Source of the DNA: Ktedonobacterales bacterium
GTDB taxonomy: Bacteria > Chloroflexota > Ktedonobacteria > Ktedonobacterales > JACDGC01
Assembly (NCBI GenBank): GCA_013815535.1
Contig: JACDGC010000001.1
Coordinates: 451 to 64,450, forward strand
Length of the DNA stretch: 64,000 bases
Direction of reading: 5' to 3'
Part shown: in pieces, positions 36,866-45,530 of the stretch
Position numbering within the stretch: position 1 is the first letter of the stretch
How the letters are laid out: the number at the start of each line of letters is the position of its first letter
Notes under the pieces: model-generated
Database searches by the model: none
What the model saw: the letters and a program-made list of their open reading frames with translations, nothing else
What the model was told of the DNA's origin: nothing
Translations under genes and position numbers: made by a program

Positions 36866-37264
36866 TGAGCTTTCTTCTTTCCCTTGCGGGAGCCTCTTAA
36901 ATAGAGGCACATCTGCTTGCGCAGGTAAGGTTCCCCTCGTCAATGTTCTCCGAAGGTTTGTGTGTTGGCAGCACTGGCCTTCCCAATCGACCTATTTAAC
37001 CACCACCCGCAGCGCAAGGGACTGAGGTGCTATCCCTTGGTGCCTATCTATTCTTCGGGAACGGAGTCCTTGCGAACTGAGACTGGTCAGCAGCAGGACT
37101 TGTTTTCACAAGCCCCCGCCTTTTGGCGTGGGGTCGCTGACAGCCGCCATATCACCCATCCCATCTGGTGCTGAACTCCCGTCACGTTGCCACGGCGAGC
37201 GCGCCATGAGTCGCGAGGATCGGTACTCACGTGCTTCAGAGAGGTCACACGGGTCTCCGTAGCT
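36866..37264 (-). ncRNA. Candidate IscB omega-RNA (guide plus scaffold) in the iscB 5' region
   Basis: A roughly 400-nt stretch with no credible ORF lies directly upstream of iscB and is rich in local hairpins on the minus strand: ccccacgcc-aaaa-ggcggggg, cttg-tgaaaa-caag, caaggga...tcccttg, and gcctct-attta-agaggc just before the start codon. The position matches known IscB loci. The ends are not determined. Confidence 0.45.
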
Positions 37265-37270
37265 GTACCA

Positions 37271-37300
37271 AGTATACATCTAGGCATGAGAAAAAATCAA
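37271..37300 (-). promoter_or_regulatory. Sigma70-like promoter candidate for the omega-RNA/iscB transcript
   Basis: The minus strand reads TTGATT (37300-37295), an 18-nt spacer, then TATACT (37276-37271), at the edge of an AT-rich patch. Confidence 0.35.
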
Positions 37301-37535
37301 CTGTAGGATACATAAATAGCAAAAATTGGCTTATGATAAAAAAGTATGTCCTACAGAATACTCTTTTGGATGCTAGGAGGTGCAGCATTTGATCCCATCA
37401 ATGCGGCGATATGAGGAGGCAGAGTACCAATCGTGGATCGATGCAGCATTAGTGTTCTCGATTTCTTCGCCAGATAACGTGGCCGCGCCAGGTTATCGGC
37501 TCTTGCCCAACTTTAGTGAATCTGCTCCCTTACTA

Positions 37536-37582
37536 TCCAAATAAACCGCTCTTCATCGAGAAACAGCTCCCAGATGAAGAGC
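37536..37582 (-). terminator. Rho-independent terminator of the HxlR-family gene
   Basis: Perfect 10-bp stem gctcttcatc / gatgaagagc (37548-37582), followed on the minus strand by GGTTTATTTGG. Confidence 0.55.
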
Positions 37583-37610
37583 AGTACTTGGGTACGAACA
37601 GTAGCCCGCT

Positions 37611-37973
37611 TCACTGATGCGTATACGCTTGCTGCGCCGTGGTGATCGCCATGATATTGGCTTCGGACCAGGCCCGGAGTTCGGCCAACGGTCCACACAG
37701 CGTTTGCCCGAGCGGCGTCAAGGTATACTCGACATGTGGGGGAACCTCCGCATACACTGTGCGCTGTACCAACCCACTGCGTTCCAGGTGCCGCAGATTC
37801 TGGGTGAGCATTTTTTGCGAAATGCCCCCAATCTGCCGATGCAGCGCCGAGAAGCGCGCCGGACCCGCTTCGAGCAGTCCCAGAATCACGGCTGCCCATC
37901 GCTCGGCGATGACGGCTAGCACCTGTCGCGTCGGACAGGCAGTGGTGTAGGTCAAGGTAGAACGGCGTTCCAT
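37611..37973 (-). CDS. HxlR-family winged-helix transcriptional regulator
   Basis: CPTRQVLAVIAERWAAVILGLLEAGPARFSALHRQIGGISQKMLTQNLRHLERSGLVQRTVYAEVPPHVEYTLTPLG is the canonical HxlR pattern. ATG 37973 is preceded by GAGGGAG. Confidence 0.8.
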   Translation of the reverse strand: MERRSTLTYTTACPTRQVLAVIAERWAAVILGLLEAGPARFSALHRQIGGISQKMLTQNLRHLERSGLVQRTVYAEVPPHVEYTLTPLGQTLCGPLAELRAWSEANIMAITTAQQAYTHQ

Positions 37974-38136
37974 TGGTAACTCCCTCACTTTTTGGTGCGT
38001 ATGCCACTTTCCCGTGCCTGCTTGGCGAGCGACGCCCCTAGGTGTATCGTATCTCAGAAGCAGGAGCGCCTTTTTCTCCTGCGGCCTGCAAGGCTCAGGG
38101 AGTCGCACACCACTCCAGCGCGAAGGGACAATCACC

Positions 38137-38982
38137 ATGTATGCCGTTAGTGGAGCGAGCGGCCAGCTTGGGCGGCTGGTGCTCAAACATTTGCTCACCC
38201 TGGTTCCTGCTCAGCAGATCGTCGCGACCACCCGCACCCTCCACACCATCGCTGATGTGGCCGCCAGCGGGATTGCCGTGCGCCAGGCGGATTTTACCGA
38301 TCCGCGCAGCTTGCCTACCGCATTTGCAGACGTGACGCGCCTGCTCCTCATCAGCACACCAGGGCAACGTGCCGAGGAGCACACCACCGCGATTGCGGCG
38401 GCGGTCCGTGCTGGCGTCACCCACATCATTTATACCTCAGGCATCAATGCCAGTCCCACTTCACCCGCCCTCGTGCAGCAGGTCCACGGCGTGACTGAGG
38501 CTGCCTTAGCCGCTACCTCGCTTCCCTGGACGGCCCTGCGCAACAGTTACTATGCGGAGTTCCTGCCCCGTTTTATTGACCTGTTGCAGGAGGGGAAGGT
38601 CGTCCACCTGCCCCCAGGACAGGCCGGAGTCGCCTGGGTAACCCGCGAAGATTGTGCCCGCACGGCGGCATTCGTGTTGGCAGGCACCGCCGATCTGAGG
38701 GGACCCCTCGATGTTACCGGACCCGAAGCGGTCAGCCTTGCTGAGGTCATCCACCGCTGGTCGGGCATCACGGGCCGTGCGGTGACGATCGATATCCTGC
38801 CAGACGAACACGTGCGCGCCTTCGTCATGGCCAAAGGCCTCCCGGCGTCATTCGCCACCAGCATGGTCGACATTGCGATTTGGGCGAATCGTGAGGGATT
38901 CGCCGTCACCAACACCGTTGAGCAGATCACGGGTCGCCCACCAGCCCCCATCGAAGTCGTCCTCACCCAAGCGACCAGCTAG
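38137..38982 (+). CDS. NmrA-like / atypical SDR NAD(P)-binding oxidoreductase
   Basis: MYAVSGASGQLGRLVLKHLL is a Rossmann GxxGxxG-type motif. The gene is divergent from the HxlR gene, a common pairing. Confidence 0.75.
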   Translation: MYAVSGASGQLGRLVLKHLLTLVPAQQIVATTRTLHTIADVAASGIAVRQADFTDPRSLPTAFADVTRLLLISTPGQRAEEHTTAIAAAVRAGVTHIIYTSGINASPTSPALVQQVHGVTEAALAATSLPWTALRNSYYAEFLPRFIDLLQEGKVVHLPPGQAGVAWVTREDCARTAAFVLAGTADLRGPLDVTGPEAVSLAEVIHRWSGITGRAVTIDILPDEHVRAFVMAKGLPASFATSMVDIAIWANREGFAVTNTVEQITGRPPAPIEVVLTQATS

Positions 38983-39138
38983 CGGAGGCGGCAGCGAGAA
39001 GACGTCTTCTTGTCAGAAGGGTCTTGTGCGAGACACACGCCATCAGAATAGCGACGAGGGACAGAGCAGGCCGTCCCTCGCTCCTGATAAAGCCGGAGCG
39101 CAGATTTACCAAAGTTGGGCAAGCTCCCCCTTCGTCCT

Positions 39139-39453
39139 TCAAGATGCTGTGGGATACCGCTGTTTGACCTGCTCAATGAAGGCATATTCGAGATACAGCC
39201 CAATGTTATGCGGCCCTGCGCCACCTTCATTCATATGAATGAGAAATCCTTCAGCCAAAGACGCCGAAACATTGAAGGCTGGCCCTAACTGGACGACGAG
39301 CTTCATTTCGTGGAAAATTCGATGGGCAAGACCTTCCACGCTATTTGAGGCGATGGTTTGCCAATAGCAATAGCGGATGCGTTCGTCGAGAAACATCATA
39401 AGATATCGCTGCCCGTTAGGTGCATCCCAGAAATCAATCGTTACTGCTGCCAT
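39139..39453 (-). CDS. hypothetical protein (104 aa)
   Basis: ORF only, with a non-repetitive sequence. Confidence 0.35.
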   Translation of the reverse strand: MAAVTIDFWDAPNGQRYLMMFLDERIRYCYWQTIASNSVEGLAHRIFHEMKLVVQLGPAFNVSASLAEGFLIHMNEGGAGPHNIGLYLEYAFIEQVKQRYPTAS

Positions 39454-39489
39454 GCTGGTGCTCCTTGTCGCGGTGTTGCTACGGCGCGT

Positions 39490-39810
39490 TCATACTTCAC
39501 GCAGATCTTCGAGGGGAATCGGCTGCCACTGCTGCTCGTTGGGATGATAGGGGGCCATGAGCATCTGGGCGGCCTCGATGGTGCTGACGTCCGCTGAGAC
39601 GGGAATGGCATTGCCGACGAGGACGGTGACATGATAGCCAACATGGCCTGGTGCAAACCCTTTGCTGCGGGCCAAACGTCCGCGCGGGCGTTGCGTCGAA
39701 CCCCGGGCGAAGTACACCTCAAAATAGTGGTCTGGCGGTATTGGGTAATCCGGTACCTCGCCTTGCATGGCGTTGCCATCGCCAGCTTGGAGGGCCTCTT
39801 GTAAGGTCAT
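39490..39810 (-). CDS. hypothetical protein (106 aa)
   Basis: ORF only. Confidence 0.35.
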   Translation of the reverse strand: MTLQEALQAGDGNAMQGEVPDYPIPPDHYFEVYFARGSTQRPRGRLARSKGFAPGHVGYHVTVLVGNAIPVSADVSTIEAAQMLMAPYHPNEQQWQPIPLEDLREV

Positions 39811-39910
39811 AGCAATCTCCCTGTCTGCGTGTTCCCGATGTCAAACACCCCACGTTTTGCCACAGATATTGGCGTACTAACGCAGGAGCATTTCCCAAAA
39901 TGCGGTACCG

Positions 39911-40267
39911 CTACGTCGCTGCTTCGCTTGCGGCGGGGGGTGGCTGAGCGGCGGCGAACCCCACGGTATAGAGACGCTCGCCGATGCGGCGATCAACCTC
40001 TTTGTTGCGCTCGGCGAGGTCTCCCCAGGGGGTGAGCCAGTGCGGATGATCGGCCACATCCGGTTGCTCTTCTGCCCAAGCGAGCCATTCCGCGCGGACC
40101 AACTGGCCGAGTTGTTCCCGCTTTTCTCGCTGCGCTTGGTGTTGTGCAATGCGCTGTTCAACGGCATAGCAGTCATCACAGCCGCCGGTGTCGTCACAGA
40201 AGCGCCCACAGTTCCAGCAATGGTTGGGATTGCCCGTCACCCACCAGCGTCGCTTTTTGCGTGCCAT
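39911..40267 (-). CDS. hypothetical protein with an N-terminal Cys cluster
   Basis: MARKKRRWWVTGNPNHCWNCGRFCDDTGGCDDC. Confidence 0.35.
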   Translation of the reverse strand: MARKKRRWWVTGNPNHCWNCGRFCDDTGGCDDCYAVEQRIAQHQAQREKREQLGQLVRAEWLAWAEEQPDVADHPHWLTPWGDLAERNKEVDRRIGERLYTVGFAAAQPPPAASEAAT

Positions 40268-40283
40268 CGGCTTCCTCCTTTTG

Positions 40284-40664
40284 CTATATGCCCTGCCATA
40301 GGTTCATGCTTCGTCCAGCGTTGCTAGGGGTTTGCTCAGATGGAGGGAAGGGTCGCGGAGAAGTCGACGAGGCGGTCACTTCATCATCCAGCGGCGCGCA
40401 ACTTTCCGCTTGCCAGAAGCGCTGGGTGCGTTGGGTGCTATTGGGGTAGGCCAGTTGCCATTCACTGTTGGCCTGGATCACGTTCATTGCGGCTGTGCCC
40501 GCAATATCGGGTGTACTGAAGGGGGTGGCCACATCGTCCAGGTCGGGGTGTACGTTGAAGGCTGCGTCGAGGAACCAATCGTCATGACCGGGAGTGATGC
40601 TGCCATCCACGGGCAGAGGTAGGCCACCCACGACGAGCGTGCAGCGACGGGAAGGATGGGGCAT
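40284..40664 (-). CDS. hypothetical protein (start uncertain)
   Basis: Preferred ATG 40664 (MPHPSRRCTLVV). The N-terminal extension in the track looks like a shadow frame. Confidence 0.3.
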   Translation of the reverse strand: MPHPSRRCTLVVGGLPLPVDGSITPGHDDWFLDAAFNVHPDLDDVATPFSTPDIAGTAAMNVIQANSEWQLAYPNSTQRTQRFWQAESCAPLDDEVTASSTSPRPFPPSEQTPSNAGRSMNLWQGI

Positions 40665-40728
40665 AGACTGATTGTTTCTTTCTGGCGCAGCACCCGCGCC
40701 TTGAGCACTCGAAGGCGTGGGTCTTCCT

Positions 40729-41283
40729 TTACGCGGTGCCGCGCGCGTAGGCGGCGCGGCGCATCTGATCGGCGAGGACAAGCAGGACCGTGCGCACGGT
40801 GGCCGCCTCCATCGTGTCGCGCAGATCCGCCACGTTGTTTTGGAGGGTGGTGATATCCCCGGCATAATTGGCGACCTGCGCCATGATGCGTCCCCCGGCG
40901 GCGGCGATCTCCGCGCGGGCCGCGCAGGACCTGCTCGGCGGCGGTGATGATGGTATGCTCATCGGCCAAGACGGTCGAGAGGTGGTCGAGGATGGCATTG
41001 GTGACATCGACATGGGTATTTTTGAGATTCTGCTGCATGGTGGCCACATTGCCTTCCAGGGCATCCAGGCGAGGCCGATACTCACCGCGTAACTGGGCGC
41101 GCACCCGGTTGATGGCGGAGCGATGGTCATTGGCGTCGGGGGATCGACCTGCGCGACGACCTCGCGCTTGACCTCGGTATTGATCTGGTTGCATATACTG
41201 GTGCGCTGCAAAAGGGTCTGAATGACCGAGACGACGAGCGTGCCGACGCCAATGATGATGAAGACGCTTGAGGTGAGATCCAT
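40729..41283 (-). pseudogene. TM plus coiled-coil protein gene carrying two compensating frameshifts
   Basis: The ends of the 184-aa ORF look protein-like (MDLTSSVFIIIGVGTLVVSVIQTLL... and ...AEIAAAGGRIMAQVANYAGDITTLQNNVADLRDTMEAATV). The middle of about 75 aa is Pro/Ser/Trp-rich junk. The overlapping frame of ORF 40484-41338 reads a clean coiled coil there (DANDHRSAINRVRAQLRGEYRPRLDALEGNVATMQQNLKNTHVDVTNAILDHL...). The frames switch at the G5/C5 run 41148-41152 and near 40912-40925. Confidence 0.4.
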
Positions 41284-41411
41284 GCGGGCAATCTACTCCT
41301 GTGGCTGGTGGCAGTAGACAGGGCGCTTCCCTGCTCATATGGTGCAGTATAGCAGGGGCAGGGAACGCTCGCCAGGGGCAGCGCTGACCATCTTTCGGTG
41401 GCGGCTGATAG

Positions 41412-41933
41412 TTACACCCCGAACTGCTGGATGTGGGCGATGATCTGATCGAGCAGGGCGCGTATATCGGGTGCCAGGTCGCGTTCGAACAGCGCGGTGG
41501 CGATGGAATGGTAAAGACGCGCTGCGGGGTGGTTGCCCGCTGCCCGCGCGCCCTCCCACAACCAGAAATAGAGTTCTCGTGTCAAAAAAGGGAGCCGTTC
41601 CTCAGCGACAAAGGGGACGCGCTTCGTGAGATCCGTCGTGAGGCGGTCGGCCAGCAGCTCGTAGCGCGCGAGGGCGATGAGGGTTCGCGCGGCCAGGACA
41701 TCGAGGGAGATCACCTCACCCACGTCGGCCAGCATGACCGCGATGGCCCGCCCAGCCTCGAATTCTTGGAAGGCGGCTTCGTCCTCATGCGAGCCGTGCA
41801 GACACAGCCCCAGCGCTAGGTGGAGGCGCAGCGCGGCGTGTGGGGTGGCGGGCACGCACTGCTTATAGAGGACGAGCGCTGCCGTGAACTGGCCGGTGGC
41901 GAGGAGGTGCTGAGCTTGAGCGAGAGCATCCAT
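41412..41933 (-). CDS. hypothetical helical (TPR-like) protein
   Basis: 173-aa ORF at the 3' end of the kinase operon. Confidence 0.4.
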   Translation of the reverse strand: MDALAQAQHLLATGQFTAALVLYKQCVPATPHAALRLHLALGLCLHGSHEDEAAFQEFEAGRAIAVMLADVGEVISLDVLAARTLIALARYELLADRLTTDLTKRVPFVAEERLPFLTRELYFWLWEGARAAGNHPAARLYHSIATALFERDLAPDIRALLDQIIAHIQQFGV

Positions 41934-41958
41934 CGGGTGTTCCTTCAGGGAGCAGAGG

Positions 41959-43407
41959 TCAGGCGACGCGCGTGGCCCGCGCTGTCACCAGGGAGGACGA
42001 CGACGCGGCAGGAGGTGTGGCAAGCGGTAACTGCACAAAAAAGGTTGACCCCTCCCCTTCTTGTCCCGGACTTTCCACCCAAATGGCTCCCCCCATCGTC
42101 TGCGTTAATTCCCGGCACAACCAGAGTCCCAAACCATTCCCGATGATCGTCGATGCCAGATCCCGCGGCAAGCGGATGAACTTATTGAACAACAATGGCG
42201 CTTGCTCGGCAGGGATCCCTAAGCCATAATCACGCACCGTGATTTCGGCCACCATGCGCGTCGCTTTCTTGCCCCCCGCCCGTTCCGCGACAACCTGAGC
42301 ACGGATATCGACGGGGCCGCCAGCGGGGGAATATTTGATGGCATTGGACAACAGATTCACCACGATCTGCTGAAGCCAGACGGGATCGCCGGCGATGGTC
42401 AAGTCGGGCGCGAGTTGGAGGTGAATTTCTCGTTCCGGCTGATCACTTGTAGGGGGATCGAGCAACGCCACCGCAGCATGAACGACCTCGAGCACGTTGA
42501 CGGGGTGCGGGGTGTACTGGGTGAGATCCTGGTCGAGGCGACTGGCATCCAAAATACTATTGATGAGCGCGGTGAAGTTTTGCCCGGCCGCTTCCGCCCG
42601 CTTGAGATTTGCCACCATGCGCGTCGCCGTCGCCTGTGCCTCAGGGTCCCGGCTATTGGTCGCAATTGCGGCGGCGGTTTCCTGCAAGTTCTCGATCCAG
42701 CCGATCATCGTCATCATCGGCGTCCGCAGTTCATGGTTGACCGAGGTGATGAACTGGTTCTTGATGGCTTCCACTTGTTGGGCGCGTTCATAGGCGATCC
42801 GCACATCGCCTAATTCGCGCAGCGTTCGCAAATTCTGGCGGTTGCCAAAATAGAAGCTGAGGCCCATGCCCCATTGGACCATGATCAGCGTGGTGGTGAC
42901 CACGGGCAGTTGGTGTAAGAATGGTTGACCAAGGATCAGCGGCAAACCAACGAGGAGAAACACGGTGAGGCCATTTTCGAGCAGCGTCACCCCAACGAGG
43001 AGCCACGTATTGCCAATGATGCCGGTGTTCGCAATATTGTTGCAGTAGGCCCCCATGATAGCAATGGTGAGCGGCCCCACGCCATCGATGACGGCGTACT
43101 GAATCTGAAATTCGACCACTACGAAGATCGTGGCACCAATGAAGAACGCGGCGGCCCAAATGTCTTGCTTGCGGAGCGTGAGCCACCAGCTGATGGCATA
43201 CCCAATCACCGCGAGAAAGGGGGGCCAGAGGGCGCCGACGATTTGTGCCACGGTGGGGGTGATCCCCAGCGTGAGCGGGGTCGTCACGAGCGCGATGATC
43301 AGCAAGAGAAAGAAGGTCGCCGAAAAGTTGCGCGTCACGCGCAGACGGCGGTCGCGGTCGTACTCGCGATAGATTTCGCGCTCGTGGATGGTCGTAGGTG
43401 TGGACAT
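41959..43407 (-). CDS. Membrane sensor histidine kinase
   Basis: About 6 N-terminal TM segments, H-box FITSVNHELRTPMMTMIGW, and HATPase_c motifs (LLSNAIKYSP, DYGLGIP, GLGLWLCRELTQTMGG). Confidence 0.85.
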   Translation of the reverse strand: MSTPTTIHEREIYREYDRDRRLRVTRNFSATFFLLLIIALVTTPLTLGITPTVAQIVGALWPPFLAVIGYAISWWLTLRKQDIWAAAFFIGATIFVVVEFQIQYAVIDGVGPLTIAIMGAYCNNIANTGIIGNTWLLVGVTLLENGLTVFLLVGLPLILGQPFLHQLPVVTTTLIMVQWGMGLSFYFGNRQNLRTLRELGDVRIAYERAQQVEAIKNQFITSVNHELRTPMMTMIGWIENLQETAAAIATNSRDPEAQATATRMVANLKRAEAAGQNFTALINSILDASRLDQDLTQYTPHPVNVLEVVHAAVALLDPPTSDQPEREIHLQLAPDLTIAGDPVWLQQIVVNLLSNAIKYSPAGGPVDIRAQVVAERAGGKKATRMVAEITVRDYGLGIPAEQAPLLFNKFIRLPRDLASTIIGNGLGLWLCRELTQTMGGAIWVESPGQEGEGSTFFVQLPLATPPAASSSSLVTARATRVA

Positions 43408-43416
43408 GGGGTCTCC

Positions 43417-44727
43417 TTAGCGCGGCGTGAGGGTGACCCGCACGTTGGCGGTGGGACGATTCAAGGGGAAGCGCCGTGGTGCAAGGTTCTGTCCGGGGAC
43501 GAGGTGCAGATCAGAGCGGCGCAGCAGACCTTGCAAGACCGTTTTGATTTCACGCCGGGCAATCCCCGACCCGATACAGGAGCGGGAGCCGCCCCCAAAG
43601 CCAACATAGGCGTACGGATGGGCCTTCGCCTCTGTGCCATCGAGGAAGCGCTGCGGATTGAACGTGGTGGGGTCAGCGAAGTAATCGGGACGCCGCTGCG
43701 TATAGCCGGGGATCAGAAAGATTTGGCTGCCCGCCGGGATGGTGTAGTCCCCTAAGGTGAAATCGGCGACCGCCCCGCGCATGATGAGGGGCGTCGCTGG
43801 GTGGAGGCGCAGCGTCTCATCGATCAGGGCATCGAGGACCGGTTGCTGCTTCACGTCCTCGTCGGTGATCGGCGCATCCGGATCGCCGGTGCAGATCGCC
43901 CGAGCGCGCTCATACCAGGTGGGGGATTGTACGAGTTCCACGAGGAGCCAGGTGAGGGTCCCGGCGGTGCTCTCGAAGCCCGCGAAAATGAGCGTAATGG
44001 CGAGGCCCACCAGCTGCTCCTCACTGAGGCCCTGTCCCTGCTCGTCGCGGGCGGCCACCAATAATCCCAGCGCATCGTTCGTGGGCTGATTGCGCCGCGC
44101 GGCGATCAAGCGTTGGAGCAGCGGCACCAGTTCGCGGCGGGCGTGCAGCGCCTGACTATATTTGGTGCCCGGGATGTCGCGGCGCACAAACTCGGACGCG
44201 CCCGCTAGTAGACGAGTGAAGAGCTGCTGAAAGGTGGCCTGGTCAAAATCAGGGGCCAGGCCCGCCAACAACGTCGCCGACAGCCGGAAGGTGATGGCAC
44301 GGGCAAAAGGATAGAGGTCGACCGTGCGGCGTCCGGTCCACGGCGCGAGGTGCGTCTTGGTGACGGCATCCATATCGGGTTGGTAGACGGCCAAGGCCCG
44401 TGCGGTAAAGGCTGGGGTCATGAGCTTGCGAATGAAGGCGTGCTCCGGGTCATCGATGACGAAGAGGGCATCGCCGAAAAGGTCTTCGCCGAGAGCATAG
44501 CCCGCGTGCCAGGAGAAGTTGGCGGCGTGATCCCCCATCACATACTGTTGCGCGGCAGCCGAGAGGAGGACGACCCCGGGCCGTCCGAGAAAGGTAGTAC
44601 GACACACCTCGCCATAGCGCTGATGGTGCCGCTGGGCATATTGAATGGGATCGCCAAAGAGCGTACGACTCTCGCCTAAATACGGTAGCCCCTGGTTGCC
44701 AGGAATGCGGTGTCGGATAGTCGTCAT
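43417..44727 (-). CDS. Cytochrome P450
   Basis: I-helix FAGFESTAGT, ExxR (ETLRLHP), and the heme-binding loop FGGGSRSCIGSGIA. Confidence 0.9.
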   Translation of the reverse strand: MTTIRHRIPGNQGLPYLGESRTLFGDPIQYAQRHHQRYGEVCRTTFLGRPGVVLLSAAAQQYVMGDHAANFSWHAGYALGEDLFGDALFVIDDPEHAFIRKLMTPAFTARALAVYQPDMDAVTKTHLAPWTGRRTVDLYPFARAITFRLSATLLAGLAPDFDQATFQQLFTRLLAGASEFVRRDIPGTKYSQALHARRELVPLLQRLIAARRNQPTNDALGLLVAARDEQGQGLSEEQLVGLAITLIFAGFESTAGTLTWLLVELVQSPTWYERARAICTGDPDAPITDEDVKQQPVLDALIDETLRLHPATPLIMRGAVADFTLGDYTIPAGSQIFLIPGYTQRRPDYFADPTTFNPQRFLDGTEAKAHPYAYVGFGGGSRSCIGSGIARREIKTVLQGLLRRSDLHLVPGQNLAPRRFPLNRPTANVRVTLTPR

Positions 44728-44802
44728 TGTTTTTTTTCCTTTGCGGGGTGGTCCTCCTCACGTGCGGACATCGTGAGGAGAACGGTGCACGACGAGAGAT
44801 GC

Positions 44803-45228
44803 TTACTTTGGGTAGTCGAGCGTTTCCGCCAGGTGGTGCAGCCGCTCCGCACGCTCCCCTTCGGTGAGGGTGAGGGCGGCTTGAATGGCTTCATGAATCT
44901 TCGACGGCGGTTGCGGCTTGATCAAATACTGATCGGCGCCCGTTGCAATACCGATGAACTGATCGCGCTCCTGCGCCAGCGCGGTCAGCATCACGAGGGG
45001 AATGTGACTGGTCGTGGGATCGCCGCGCAGGACGAGCACCAGTTGATTGCCATTGAGGCCGGGCATCTTCACGTCGATCACAATGCAATCGGGTTGTGCC
45101 TCAACTGCACAGGTCAAACCGGCCACCCCATCTTTTGCAGTGAGGACCTGGTAGCCGCGTTGGCTCAGTCCCTCGCTAACGACATCGAGCAGGTCTTGTT
45201 GGTCATCGACTAAAAGCACCGTGGTCAT
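44803..45228 (-). CDS. Single-domain response regulator (CheY-like receiver)
   Basis: MTTVLLVDDQQDLL...PDCIVIDVKMPGLNG...PLVMLTA...GADQYLIKP. The phospho-acceptor Asp context is intact. Confidence 0.85.
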   Translation of the reverse strand: MTTVLLVDDQQDLLDVVSEGLSQRGYQVLTAKDGVAGLTCAVEAQPDCIVIDVKMPGLNGNQLVLVLRGDPTTSHIPLVMLTALAQERDQFIGIATGADQYLIKPQPPSKIHEAIQAALTLTEGERAERLHHLAETLDYPK

Positions 45229-45530
45229 ACGAAATCCCTTCCAAGTTGGCCCCAAAACACGGGGAGACCGGTAACAACACTCGTACGCACCTGCGTGTTG
45301 GTCATCGTGCCGCGAAATTCTGCTAGGTTGCTAGATGGGCACCATAGCGCGCAGATATGCTGGGGGCAATGTTCCAGGCATGTCTGTGCATACTCTAGCA
45401 AACCAGACAGGCAGATGCAAGACTGGCCCAGTGTGCCGCATCCCCCACGAACCATGCCGTTGCCTAGCGCGCTGCACATAGGGATGGCTTGGGTGCGCGA
45501 GGGCACACCGTCGTAGACGCAACGCAATCG

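Larger units (their letters stand above)
35567..37300 (-). mobile_element. IscB-type IS200/IS605-superfamily element or remnant (no tnpA; ends not defined)
   Basis: iscB plus its upstream structured non-coding region. No TnpA (Y1) gene is present, and no clear right-end hairpin sits in the 41 nt after the iscB stop. Confidence 0.45.

Noticed and set aside
37340-37356. An 11-mer ctgtaggacat shared between the AT-rich patch (minus strand, about 37345-37355) and 53190-53200, and a similar gtatcctaca at about 18344.
   Set aside because: Matches of 10-11 nt are expected many times by chance in 64 kb on two strands, and there is no extended flanking similarity.
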